The position numbers and the translations under genes are program-made. A stretch of DNA of 59,826 nucleotides, counting the filler. It is 5 parts of 5 records of this genome, joined end to end, with 100 filler letters (N's around TTAATTAATTAA, not from the genome) between each part and the next. Parts side by side here need not be neighbours in the genome. Positions count along the whole stretch, not along the records: positions 40,991 to 53,060 come from SRR2962707_1424; positions 53,161 to 59,826 come from SRR2962707_1430; 3 more parts are not named here. One strand, given 5' to 3'. Below, piece after piece: positions 51,361-59,826 of the stretch. The notes under the pieces were generated by a model, which searched no databases, was not told the DNA's origin, and saw only the letters and a list, made by a program, of their open reading frames with translations. The number at the start of each line of letters is the position of its first letter. Positions within the stretch are counted from its first letter, which is position 1.

Positions 51361-52419
51361 ATGCTCAAAGGTCTTACCACGGCGGCTCTGACCGCCGCCC
51401 TCCTCGCCGGGACGGCAATTGCCGCCGCCGCGCAGGACTATACCATTCGCGCCACGGCCAATTCCAATGAGGATGATGAGGATTACGACGGCCTTGTCGT
51501 GTTCAAGAACTATGTGGAATCCGCATCCAACGGCGCGATCGCTGTCGAACTGTTCATTGGTACGCAGCTCTGTGCAGGCGGTGCCGAATGCCTTCAGGGT
51601 GTCTCGGACGGATCAATTGACGTCTTCGTGACCACCTCTGGCGGGGCAGCCGGCATCTTTCCCTATGTGCAGGTGTTGGACCTGCCGTACCTGATGTCCA
51701 GCGACCGTGTGGCCGAGGCGGTGCTGACAGGTGATTTCACCCGCACCATGCGCGACATGGCGCTGGCGTCATCGGGTGACACCATCCGCGTCATGACCAT
51801 TGGCAACACCGGCGGCTGGCGCAACTTTGCCAACACAAAACTCCGCGTGACCAAGCCAGAGGATCTGGCCGGCCTCAAGATCCGCACCGTGGTCGCCGAC
51901 CTGCCGCAGGAATTGGTCAAGGCTCTCGGCGCCTCGCCCACTCCGATCAGCTGGCCGGAACTGTTCACCTCGCTCCAGACCGGTGTGGTCGAAGGGTCCA
52001 AGAACGGCATCACGGACATCATGAACATGAAGTTCCCCGAGGCCGGTCTAAAGTACATGACACTGGACGGGCACGCCTACATGGGGGCGATCTGGGTGAT
52101 GAACAACGAAAAGTTCCTGTCGATGCCAGAGGACATGCGCCGCGTCGTGGTCGACGGTTTTGCCGAGCTTCAGCAGGCGACCTTTGCCAGCCCCAAGCGC
52201 AAGTCGATCAAGGCGTATGAGGATTTCGTGGCCGAAGGCGGCGACCTGTACGTGCCCACGCCCGAAGAAAAAGAAGCATTCCGCGGCGCCGCCGAGCCGG
52301 TCTATGACTGGTTCCAGGAGAATGTCGAAGGCGGGCCGGAGATCTTTGATGCGCTGACGACTGCGGTCGCTAAGGCAGAAGCCAACCTGGAAGAAGGCTA
52401 TGCCAGCGATCTGAACTGA
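51361..52419 (+). CDS. TRAP transporter substrate-binding protein (DctP), candidate SQ binder
   Basis: Signal peptide, LDLPYL, LAGLKIRT, ELFTSLQTGVVEG. Confidence 0.92.
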   Translation: MLKGLTTAALTAALLAGTAIAAAAQDYTIRATANSNEDDEDYDGLVVFKNYVESASNGAIAVELFIGTQLCAGGAECLQGVSDGSIDVFVTTSGGAAGIFPYVQVLDLPYLMSSDRVAEAVLTGDFTRTMRDMALASSGDTIRVMTIGNTGGWRNFANTKLRVTKPEDLAGLKIRTVVADLPQELVKALGASPTPISWPELFTSLQTGVVEGSKNGITDIMNMKFPEAGLKYMTLDGHAYMGAIWVMNNEKFLSMPEDMRRVVVDGFAELQQATFASPKRKSIKAYEDFVAEGGDLYVPTPEEKEAFRGAAEPVYDWFQENVEGGPEIFDALTTAVAKAEANLEEGYASDLN

Positions 52420-52481
52420 TCCGCTGGACGTCCCCAGACAAACGGCCGCAGCTTCCACGCAAGCCGTTTGCATACACCATG

Positions 52482-52510
52482 ATGATTGCGCTCCAACCGG
52501 GCGCAATCAT
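52482..52510. terminator. Stem-loop at the end of the smo-TRAP operon
   Basis: 10-bp inverted repeat ATGATTGCGC/GCGCAATCAT. Confidence 0.5.
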
Positions 52511-52572
52511 TCCCCCACGAATGACTGCAGTGAGCCCTAAGTGCCTGATGCTGCGCTACACATGAATGGCGG

Positions 52573-52866
52573 CTATTGCGGAATAAATTCCAGCCAACCA
52601 GCAGAACCAGCCGCAAACAAAAACCCAAGAAACAGCGCCAAGGCGATAATCCAATGGATGAACGTCTTGGCGCGTTTCCCTTCTTTGGGGAACCAGTTGA
52701 ACTTACGCAGCCAACCCAAAATCAAATCCATGAACATGAGTACGAACATGAAGTGGCGGAAAAACAGGTAGATGAACAACACCCCAAGGATAATTCCTGC
52801 CAAGGTGTTGGCCGGAACAATCTCCCAACTGTTACTATTAGTAGATGTAGTTATCGTGCTTTCCAT
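52573..52866 (-). CDS. Small hypothetical membrane protein
   Basis: 97 aa, two to three hydrophobic segments, RBS GGAG upstream, AT-richer than its neighbours. Confidence 0.65.
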   Translation of the reverse strand: MESTITTSTNSNSWEIVPANTLAGIILGVLFIYLFFRHFMFVLMFMDLILGWLRKFNWFPKEGKRAKTFIHWIIALALFLGFLFAAGSAGWLEFIPQ

Positions 52867-52953
52867 CTGCTCCGCGCCCTTTTGATCGTGTCACTTACTA
52901 GTCTACGACAACAATGCGGCAAGCGCTAAATTGCATCGGTTCTTTGCGAAGTG

Positions 52954-53060
52954 GACCTTCATTTTATCTCAGTGAAGGTCGGGAAAGTCCCGCAGTGCCG
53001 CCGCTCGCTCTCCGGTTTGACGCTGATTTAGTTTGCAAGTGTAGCGAAGGTCGGCAGTGA
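52954..53060. repeat. Imperfect palindromic repeat at contig end
   Basis: GACCTTCA-N11-TGAAGGTC, with GAAGGTCGG occurring twice (52974, 53046). Confidence 0.45.
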
Positions 53061-53160
53061 NNNNNNNNNNNNNNNNNNNNNNNNNNNNNNNNNNNNNNNN
53101 NNNNTTAATTAATTAANNNNNNNNNNNNNNNNNNNNNNNNNNNNNNNNNNNNNNNNNNNN
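53061..53160. other. Artificial contig spacer
   Basis: N run with TTAATTAATTAA. Confidence 0.99.
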
Positions 53161-53185
53161 AGCTACCGGGCTGCTCCATCCCGCG
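53161..53185 (-). tRNA. Initiator tRNA-Met, 5' 25 nt (runs off contig end)
   Basis: CGCGGGATGGAGCAGCCCGGTAGCT; anticodon not visible. Confidence 0.85.
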
Positions 53186-53200
53186 CCAATCTGAGAGTGC

Positions 53201-53229
53201 TGTCTACGCCGCGCAGTTCCGGACCGCAA
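53201..53229 (-). promoter_or_regulatory. Sigma-70-type promoter for the tRNA
   Basis: TTGCGG-N17-TAGACA, 15 nt upstream of the tRNA 5' end. Confidence 0.6.
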
Positions 53230-53418
53230 GCCCAATCCCGCGCTTTAACGAAAGAAATTTCGACCCCAAAATTTCGATGAAAAAGTGTGTTCATCTGGTT
53301 TCCCATGGCTGAACATAAATCACCAGCATCTACACAAACAGGCGCGCCCAAATCGGCAATCGACAAACAATATGCGGCTCGCCGACCTCACCCCAAACCA
53401 CAGTTATGCAGCGCTTGA

Positions 53419-54162
53419 TTAGCTAAACAAAACTCCACCATTTATGTCCATGTTCGTTCCCGTGATAAATGAACTGTCATCGCACGCTAGGAACGCCACC
53501 AGATTCGCCACATCGACGGGGAGACCCTGGCGTCTGACGGGCGCGGAGTTTTCATAGCCTTTGCGGGCCTCTGGCTTTGTATGAATATTGTGAAAGTCAG
53601 TATCAATCATGCCCGGACATACAGCATTTACGCGAATATCTGGGCCAAGCTCCTTGGCCAGACCGCGGGTCATCGTCATTACGGCCCCTTTGGACGCGGC
53701 ATAAGCAACGGCTCCGGCACCGCCCCCATCCCGCGCAGCCTGACTGGCAAGGTTGACGATCGCGCCGTTTTTCAAATGCGGAATACAGGCTTTGATCATC
53801 AAGAAAGTACTGGTCAGATTTAGGTCCATGACCGCGTTCCAGTGTTCAAGCGACATGTCCGCAATCGTTTTGCGAGCAATCAAACCGCCGGTGTTGTTCA
53901 CCAGAACATCGACCCCGCCAAAATCCGTCAAAGCTTTGTTCACTAAGGCATCGACGCCTTCTTGCGTGTTCAGGTCACCTTGTAATGCAAACGCTTTGCC
54001 ACCTGCTGAGATAATATCATTCACAGTGCTTTCGGCGCTGGCGTTACTTGCGAAATAGTTGATCGCAATGTTGGCCCCTTCAGAGGCAAGTTTGATCGCG
54101 CATGCACGTCCGATGTCACGTCCACCGCCCGTAATGATGGCTGTTTTTCCAGCTAATTTCAT
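53419..54162 (-). CDS. SDR oxidoreductase, DEH (4-deoxy-L-erythro-5-hexoseulose uronate) reductase-like
   Basis: TGGGRDIG, NNTGGLIARK, ASQAARDGGGAGAVAYAASK, IDTDFH; recalled similarity to alginate-pathway DEH reductases such as Flavobacterium FlRed. Confidence 0.75.
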   Translation of the reverse strand: MKLAGKTAIITGGGRDIGRACAIKLASEGANIAINYFASNASAESTVNDIISAGGKAFALQGDLNTQEGVDALVNKALTDFGGVDVLVNNTGGLIARKTIADMSLEHWNAVMDLNLTSTFLMIKACIPHLKNGAIVNLASQAARDGGGAGAVAYAASKGAVMTMTRGLAKELGPDIRVNAVCPGMIDTDFHNIHTKPEARKGYENSAPVRRQGLPVDVANLVAFLACDDSSFITGTNMDINGGVLFS

Positions 54163-54596
54163 CGTGTTCCTTCCTGTAGATTGTTAGTTTACGAGGCTCC
54201 GATGCGGAAACCCCTCGTGTGCCGAGCCTCAAGGCGTCGGTCAGTTGTGTTTGATTTTCAGTCAGCAGCGCAGCTTCTGAATGTTGTGGTATTTCTGGGA
54301 TGAACAACGATCGGCCAGAATTCTCAGTCAAATCGGGAGTGGTATTTGCTATGTTCCCTCGCGACGTCCATGAGTAGAATTGCCCGTGCCAAACGGTAAA
54401 GCCGAGTGTAGATCGTATCCATCTAGATCAATCCAAGGTCTCACAGTCAGTGTTTTGTAAGTCTTGATGTCCTTTCCGAATGAACGCGTAACACGGTCTT
54501 TCCTTGCCTTATTGAGGCCGACCACATTCCGCATAGTGCTGACCACATCTCAGCACCGGTCGTTGCAAAATGGCGTAAGGCGATTCGCCTCACTCA

Positions 54597-54631
54597 ACTA
54601 GTATACTAGTCGAATATTTCTGGTATACCAG
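54597..54631. promoter_or_regulatory. Tandem GntR/UxuR-type operators
   Basis: Perfect palindromes ACTAGTATACTAGT (54597-54610) and CTGGTATACCAG (54620-54631); similar to the UxuR/ExuR TGGTATACCA core. Confidence 0.75.
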
Positions 54632-54936
54632 TGCTGTTTTCTGAAACACTCCGGTGGGTCGATTGGTATGGGTTGCATTGGGGAGGGAAAAACCGCTCTG
54701 GACGGCGTGGTTGATAGCCGCCTCTATTGGAATGAGGTCAGACCAGAACGTGCAGGCATGAAATGGCCAAAGATCGTGACAACTCCAGCCAAATACTGAG
54801 AAATATGCTCTGCAAAATGGACACGAATTGAATTGTTGTTTGTGCCAACGGATAGACAAATGCCGTAAGGGCCGCCAGAAGTCTGGAAACGTTTTTTGGA
54901 CGTCGTCTGTATACAATCAACAAGAAGGGTTTTGAG

Positions 54937-55620
54937 ATGCCATCAACTGCACGCTCACGGGAACGCCGAACAAGCGTCGATGTCGTCTTTGAACATCTTC
55001 ATGATGCCATTACAAAACTTGAATTGCGCCCCGGTGACAAGATTTCAGAAGCCGAAATCGCTGCCCAATTCGGTGTGTCCCGACAACCCGTTCGTGACGC
55101 CTTTAACAGACTGGAAAATCTCAACCTGTTATTAATCAGGCCGCAGAAAGCGACCGAGGTCAAACGCTTCTCACTGCATGCCATTACCAAATCACGTTTT
55201 GTCCGTGCGAGTATTGAGGCCGAAGTTCTGCGACGCGCTGCAAAATACGCGTCAGCTGCCGACGCAGAGATTCTGAATGCCTCGCTGATACGCCAGGCCG
55301 AAGCGGCAGATCGCGGCACATACGAGGCTTTCACCGAGCTAGATTATGAATTCCATAAGGCTTTGTGCAAGATAGCCAAAGTCGATTATGCATTCGAAGT
55401 GATCTCTTTCGAAAAGGCAAAAGTAGATCGTTTGTGTATGCTGAGCCTGGCACGAGCTGATCGCATGGAACAACTGATCGAAGATCACAGAAAGATCGCG
55501 ACCGCTGTGACTGCAGGCGATGCGGAAATGGCCGTCGCGGCTGGAATGGTTCATTTGTCCCGGCTTGACGCTACGATTGAAGCCATCTTCAAACGCAACC
55601 CAAACTACTTCGACACATAG
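54937..55620 (+). CDS. GntR/FCD family transcriptional regulator
   Basis: ISEAEIAAQFGVSRQPVRDAF; LDYEFH, EDHRKI. Confidence 0.93.
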   Translation: MPSTARSRERRTSVDVVFEHLHDAITKLELRPGDKISEAEIAAQFGVSRQPVRDAFNRLENLNLLLIRPQKATEVKRFSLHAITKSRFVRASIEAEVLRRAAKYASAADAEILNASLIRQAEAADRGTYEAFTELDYEFHKALCKIAKVDYAFEVISFEKAKVDRLCMLSLARADRMEQLIEDHRKIATAVTAGDAEMAVAAGMVHLSRLDATIEAIFKRNPNYFDT

Positions 55621-56080
55621 GCATCGGGTGATGGGCGCGACGACCACTTCGCGGCCTTCAAAGTTAAAAAGGCACTGCAACGGGGACGGATCACTGCCTA
55701 AGCTCCCTACGGATCCCAACTCGCGCACGACTATTCCGCGCGGCGTAATACATATTCGCCTAGAAAGCGCGGCGTCCGACGGATAGGCCGCCAGTATTTC
55801 AAAACCGAGAAATGCCTAATGTATGAGCCCTTTCTTGGCCGAGTCTCACGAATGTCGAGCGAGTTTTTATCAGGCTTAGAATAGCCTGACACATGGGTCG
55901 CCAGCCATCAATCACAGTCCACCAAGACTAGTATCCCAGAATCATTGAAAACTACGCTATTTTCAGCAGAATCTTTTCACACCCGGCTGATTATTTGCGC
56001 GAAACTTCGATGCCATAATGATTTATAACTGTTTAAATTCAAATTATTACAATCTTTTTTCGACGAATTTTCAGATAAGT

Positions 56081-56117
56081 TTGACTTACCGTCGCTTGCA
56101 TTATACTAGTATACCAC
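56081..56117 (+). promoter_or_regulatory. Promoter-like element with operator copy
   Basis: TTGACT-N15-TATACT overlapping ACTAGTATACCAC (56105-56117); the spacer is short. Confidence 0.5.
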
Positions 56118-56457
56118 ATCTTCCTTCACCGCTCGTTAAAACATCGCAAGCTGTGAAAAGAAGAAGCGTAAACTTCTTCGGCTGCTTCCCAAGTGCGGCC
56201 GAAGAATAAATTTAAAACGATGGGAGACCCCTCAAAACGTCGTGGCGGCAGACGGTCGCGCGCACACACGACATGCCTATAGACATCAGTTCACGGATCG
56301 GACCGGAAGACGAAAAAGAAGTGGTTGTAGCTTTCTTCAATTGGGATTGCCCGAAGTAGCGCCCGTAGGCGCTGCACTCATCAACTTGGCGCAGAACCAG
56401 ATTTTCTTTTTGAAACAAATCACTACCTCAATTCGACTGGTTCTTCTCCAAAATAAA

Positions 56458-56496
56458 TTGACGCGAACTGACTCTTTAATATATTAGTGCACTAGT
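56458..56496 (+). promoter_or_regulatory. Probable dctP promoter with overlapping operator
   Basis: TTGACG-N16-TATATT; ATTAGTGCACTAGT at 56483-56496. Confidence 0.6.
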
Positions 56497-56614
56497 CCAA
56501 TAAGTGGGTCGTAGATTTTGCGCGACCTTAGGAACCGAAAAAGAGACGCGATTCTGCGGTGGCCTCGTCAAGAGCGACCAAAGAATCATTCACAACGATT
56601 GGGAGGAACGATCG

Positions 56615-57607
56615 ATGCTACATTCCAAATTTCTAAAAGGCCTGATGGGCGCCGCGATAACGGGGTCTTTTGCAATGGCGGCCGCGTCCGCCTCTGCCGC
56701 TGATCTGCGCGGCTGGAACATTCACGTTGAAGACTATCCAGTCTCCATCGCGATGGAATCCTTCATGGCAGATGTGACTGAAAAAACGGGCGGCGCCGTT
56801 ACTGGTACGATTTACCACAACGGTGTTTTGGGCAGCCAACCTGACGCGATTGAACAAATCCGTCTTGGGATCATCGATTTTGGTGAATTCAGCCTTGGGC
56901 CGATGGGTCAATCGATCCCGGAAACCAATGTTGTTTCGCTGCCATTCATCTTTAAATCCATCCCTCAGATGTACGAACTGATGGACGGTGAAGTTGGCGA
57001 AGCGATTGGCGCCGGGATGATTGAAAAAGGCATCGTTCCTTTGGGTTGGTATGACGCCGGTGCCCGGTCGTTCTATAACTCGGTTCGTCCCATCAACACA
57101 CCGGCAGATGTTGAAGGCCTGAAAGTGCGGGTCATGAGCAACGATTTGTTCGTCGGCATGGTTGAGTCAATGGACGGCAACGCAACACCGATGGCGTTTG
57201 GCGAAGTCTATCAGTCGATCAAGACGGGCGTTGTAGATGGTGCGGAGAACAATCCTCCTTCGTATGAATCTACAAACCACTTCGAAGTCGCGAAGTATTA
57301 CTCACTGACTGAGCATTTGATCATTCCTGAATGCCTCTGCATGAGCCTCAAAACCTGGAACAAAATGACGGCTGAGCAGCAAGCGATCCTGAAGGAAGCT
57401 GGCCAAACAAGTGCCAACCTTCAGCGTGAGCTGTGGCAGGCGCGTGAAGCAGCCAGCATGGAAAAAGTTCAGGCCGGCGGCACAACTGTGAACAAAATTG
57501 CGGACAAAGCACCGTTCCAAGCCGCGATGGCTCCTGTTTACGAGCAATTCCTGACAGCAAGCCCGGACCTGGAAGGTCTGGTCAACATGATCAGAAGCGC
57601 AAACTAA
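56615..57607 (+). CDS. TRAP substrate-binding protein (uronate-binding DctP-like)
   Basis: GWNIHVEDYP, WYDAGARSFY, LKVRVM, GAENNPPSY, EHLIIPE; RBS GGGAGG. Confidence 0.92.
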   Translation: MLHSKFLKGLMGAAITGSFAMAAASASAADLRGWNIHVEDYPVSIAMESFMADVTEKTGGAVTGTIYHNGVLGSQPDAIEQIRLGIIDFGEFSLGPMGQSIPETNVVSLPFIFKSIPQMYELMDGEVGEAIGAGMIEKGIVPLGWYDAGARSFYNSVRPINTPADVEGLKVRVMSNDLFVGMVESMDGNATPMAFGEVYQSIKTGVVDGAENNPPSYESTNHFEVAKYYSLTEHLIIPECLCMSLKTWNKMTAEQQAILKEAGQTSANLQRELWQAREAASMEKVQAGGTTVNKIADKAPFQAAMAPVYEQFLTASPDLEGLVNMIRSAN

Positions 57608-57622
57608 GCACTGCGTGAACTG

Positions 57623-57658
57623 CCAAAGGCCCGCCTCCATCAACTAGCGGGCCTTTGG
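57623..57658 (+). terminator. Intercistronic stem-loop between dctP and dctQ
   Basis: 12-bp inverted repeat CCAAAGGCCCGC/GCGGGCCTTTGG followed by a pyrimidine tract. Confidence 0.65.
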
Positions 57659-57705
57659 TCTCTCTTCTCTACCGTATCAAAGTGAACTGACAGATCGGAG
57701 ACCTG

Positions 57706-58236
57706 ATGCCAGGCCCATCTTCCACAACCGAGAAACTCGAGGCTGCCTTGGACAAAATCCGAGCAGCCTGCATTTTTATCGCATCTATCGCCATGGTGGT
57801 TGTTGTGATCACCTTTGGATGGCTGGTCTTTGGACGATACGTTTTAAACGCCACACCAACTTGGGTCGAGCAGCTGGCGCTCCTGTTGATTTGCTACATC
57901 GCTTTCCTGGGGGCTGCTGCCGGTATCAAAGAAAACACGCATCTCGGCGTGACCCTCTTCCGAGACATGATGCCCAGCACAATTCAGAAAATTCTGATGA
58001 TTGCGATTGATCTCATCCTCGCGATCTTTGGCGCGGTGATGGTCATTGCCGGAATAACCCTAATGCGGTTCGGCTGGGACACATTGCTGCCCATGCTCGA
58101 CATCCCCGAAAGCTTTCGAACCTTAGCAATCACATCCTGCGGCGGTCTTATTTTCCTTTTTGCTGGTGCGCGCGGCGTGTTGCGCATCCTTACCTTTTCC
58201 GAGTGGCACCCGGATCACCAAGAACTGGACATCTAA
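57706..58236 (+). CDS. TRAP transporter small permease (DctQ)
   Basis: VFGRYVLNATPTWVEQ, THLGV. Confidence 0.92.
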   Translation: MPGPSSTTEKLEAALDKIRAACIFIASIAMVVVVITFGWLVFGRYVLNATPTWVEQLALLLICYIAFLGAAAGIKENTHLGVTLFRDMMPSTIQKILMIAIDLILAIFGAVMVIAGITLMRFGWDTLLPMLDIPESFRTLAITSCGGLIFLFAGARGVLRILTFSEWHPDHQELDI

Positions 58237-58239
58237 CCC

Positions 58240-59520
58240 ATGGGTCTGACAATTCTCTTACTTGCCTTCGTCGGCCTTGTGGTCGTTGGTATGCCCGTTG
58301 CCTTTGCGATGGGTATCGCTGCGGCTTCTGCCTTTTGGTACGAAGGCTTTCCCATGCTGATCACCTTTCAACGCGCTACGTCGGGCGTATCGGTGTTCTC
58401 TCTTCTCGCCATTCCCTTTTTCGTCTTTGCGGGCGAAATCATGTTGCATGGTGGTATCGCGGCCCGATTGGTTAAGCTGGCCGCCGCTCTTGTCGGGCAC
58501 TTGAAGGGTGGCCTGGCGATGGTCAACATTTTCTCCTCCATGCTTTTTGGTGGGATTTCCGGCTCAGCTGTCGCCGATATTTCAGCCCTCGGATCGTTGC
58601 TGATCCCGGTGATGAAGGAACGCGGGTATCGGCCTGACTTTGCTGTCAACGTCACTGTCACGTCCTCAATTGCAGGAATTGTGATCCCTCCAAGCCATAA
58701 TATGATTATTTTCGCGGTTGCCGCCGGCGGGGGAATTTCGATCTCAAAGCTCTTCCTGGCGGGTGTTGTTCCCGGCATTCTAATGTGCGTTTGCCTCGCG
58801 ATTGCGGCCTACATACTCTCCGTAAAACACAAATACCCGGCCGAACCCTTCCCCGGTTGGGGCGAAGTGGGCCGAAGCGCGGCTGACGCCATTCCCGGCT
58901 TTATCACGGCAGTCATCATCGTTGGCGGCACACTGTCAGGCATCTTCACCGTCACGGAATCCGGCGCATTTGGTGCCTTGTACGCGCTGTTTTTGACAAA
59001 GTTCTACTACCGCTCTTTGACATGGGACGCGTTTGTTCGCTCTGTAACCGGCGCCGTTCGGACAACCGCGATGGTGATGATCCTAATCGCCTTTGCGTCG
59101 TCATTTGCCTATCTTTTGGCGCTCTACCAAGTACCGGCAAAACTCAGCGATCTCCTTGTCTCAATCTCAGACAACCCAATCATTATCCTGCTGATGATCA
59201 ATATCATTTTGCTGTTGTTGGGTATGATCATGGATATGGCTGCGCTCATTCTGATCTGCACACCCATCTTCCTGCCGATTGCCAAGGGGCTTGGTATGGA
59301 TCCAACGCAATTTGGCATCATGATGTTGGTAAACTTGGGCCTTGGCCTATGTACGCCACCTGTCGGCACTTGCCTGTTCGTGGGCTGTGCAGTGGGACGG
59401 ATCAAGATCGAAGAAGCTTTGAAATCGATCTGGCCCTTCTATCTCGCGATCTTGCTGGCTCTGATACTTGTCACCTATGTACCGGCAATTTCTCTCTGGT
59501 TACCGTCCCTATTGGGGTAA
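58240..59520 (+). CDS. TRAP transporter large permease (DctM)
   Basis: FSLLAIPFF, GISGSAVAD, IPPSHN, GLCTPPVG. Confidence 0.94.
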   Translation: MGLTILLLAFVGLVVVGMPVAFAMGIAAASAFWYEGFPMLITFQRATSGVSVFSLLAIPFFVFAGEIMLHGGIAARLVKLAAALVGHLKGGLAMVNIFSSMLFGGISGSAVADISALGSLLIPVMKERGYRPDFAVNVTVTSSIAGIVIPPSHNMIIFAVAAGGGISISKLFLAGVVPGILMCVCLAIAAYILSVKHKYPAEPFPGWGEVGRSAADAIPGFITAVIIVGGTLSGIFTVTESGAFGALYALFLTKFYYRSLTWDAFVRSVTGAVRTTAMVMILIAFASSFAYLLALYQVPAKLSDLLVSISDNPIIILLMINIILLLLGMIMDMAALILICTPIFLPIAKGLGMDPTQFGIMMLVNLGLGLCTPPVGTCLFVGCAVGRIKIEEALKSIWPFYLAILLALILVTYVPAISLWLPSLLG

Positions 59521-59757
59521 CTTACCGGGCTTTCGGAAAATGGGCTTCGCAACAGCGGGGCCCATTTTTACGTCCACGGTCGGAAAACTGTCCGTTCTTT
59601 AGCCCTTCACACAGTCTCCGGCCGAGAGATTTTCGTTTCCTACGGGCATTGAGGGATGAGAAAAGGACGAAGTCGAGCGCAAAGCAGATGCAGGAATGCT
59701 CCCCTAGTCCACAGTGGGGCTGAGAATGATGACAATAGATCGGCAAGACTCAGGCCC

Positions 59758-59792
59758 AAAACGCGCAATGGCGCCCCGAGGGACGCCATGCA
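59758..59792 (-). terminator. Hairpin downstream of tRNA-Met
   Basis: Minus strand TGGCGTCCC-tc-GGGGCGCCA followed by ..GTTTT. Confidence 0.5.
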
Positions 59793-59800
59793 GGCCAATT

Positions 59801-59826
59801 TGGTTGCGGGAGTAGGATTTGAACCT
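59801..59826 (-). tRNA. Initiator tRNA-Met, 3' 26 nt (remainder outside window)
   Basis: AGGTTCAAATCCTACTCCCGCAACCA: T-arm and encoded CCA; pairs with the left-end 5' half and leaves the initiator-type C1:A72 mismatch. Confidence 0.85.

Noticed and set aside
53163..53366. 67-aa ORF at the start of contig 5
   Set aside because: It overlaps the tRNA promoter and tRNA 5' end and is probably spurious
59707..59826. Plus-strand reading ..NLVAGVGFEP, resembling tails of recombinases inserted at tRNA-Met
   Set aside because: It is the antisense of the tRNA 3' end and terminator; there is an in-frame stop just upstream and no recombinase body
1..59826. CRISPR arrays, cas genes, rRNA, prophage or integron integrase
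   Set aside because: No regularly spaced repeats or corresponding motifs were seen on reading the sequence

Overview
This window is not one locus. It is five contigs joined by artificial 100-nt N/TTAATTAATTAA spacers (8562-8661, 29409-29508, 40891-40990, 53061-53160). Contig 1 (1-8561) is a gammaproteobacterial, Marinobacter-like housekeeping region (rpmE, priA, argS, SPOR protein, hslVU) with an Ig-like lipoprotein gene between priA and argS. Contigs 2-5 look alphaproteobacterial (Rhodobacteraceae/roseobacter-like). Contig 2 has ftsZ-lpxC-bamD-recN, a ClC channel, a ~10 kb non-phosphorylative L-fucose/D-arabinose-type catabolic cluster, DUF427, aminopeptidase P and the 3' end of cobT. Contig 3 has a degraded IS5/IS903-group element, an uncharacterised TRAP/aldolase/metallohydrolase/flavoprotein cluster, and a long HipA-type kinase with an AbiEi-like N-terminal extension. 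Contig 4 has an SPFH/Zn-finger pair, pfkB, dtd, a PhnA-domain gene, a sulfoquinovose monooxygenase (sulfo-SMO) cluster with a Gfo/Idh/MocA (GH188-like) enzyme and a TRAP transporter, and a repeat-flanked orphan ORF. Contig 5 is a ~6.6 kb uronate module (DEH-reductase-like SDR, GntR, TRAP, several palindromic operators) between two co-oriented partial tRNA-fMet genes. The best candidates for undescribed biology are the AbiEi-HipA fusion, the unknown catabolic cluster in contig 3, the TRAP-type sulfo-SMO variant, the tRNA-bounded uronate module and the short palindromic elements. All family calls come from motif recognition and recall; no searches were run.
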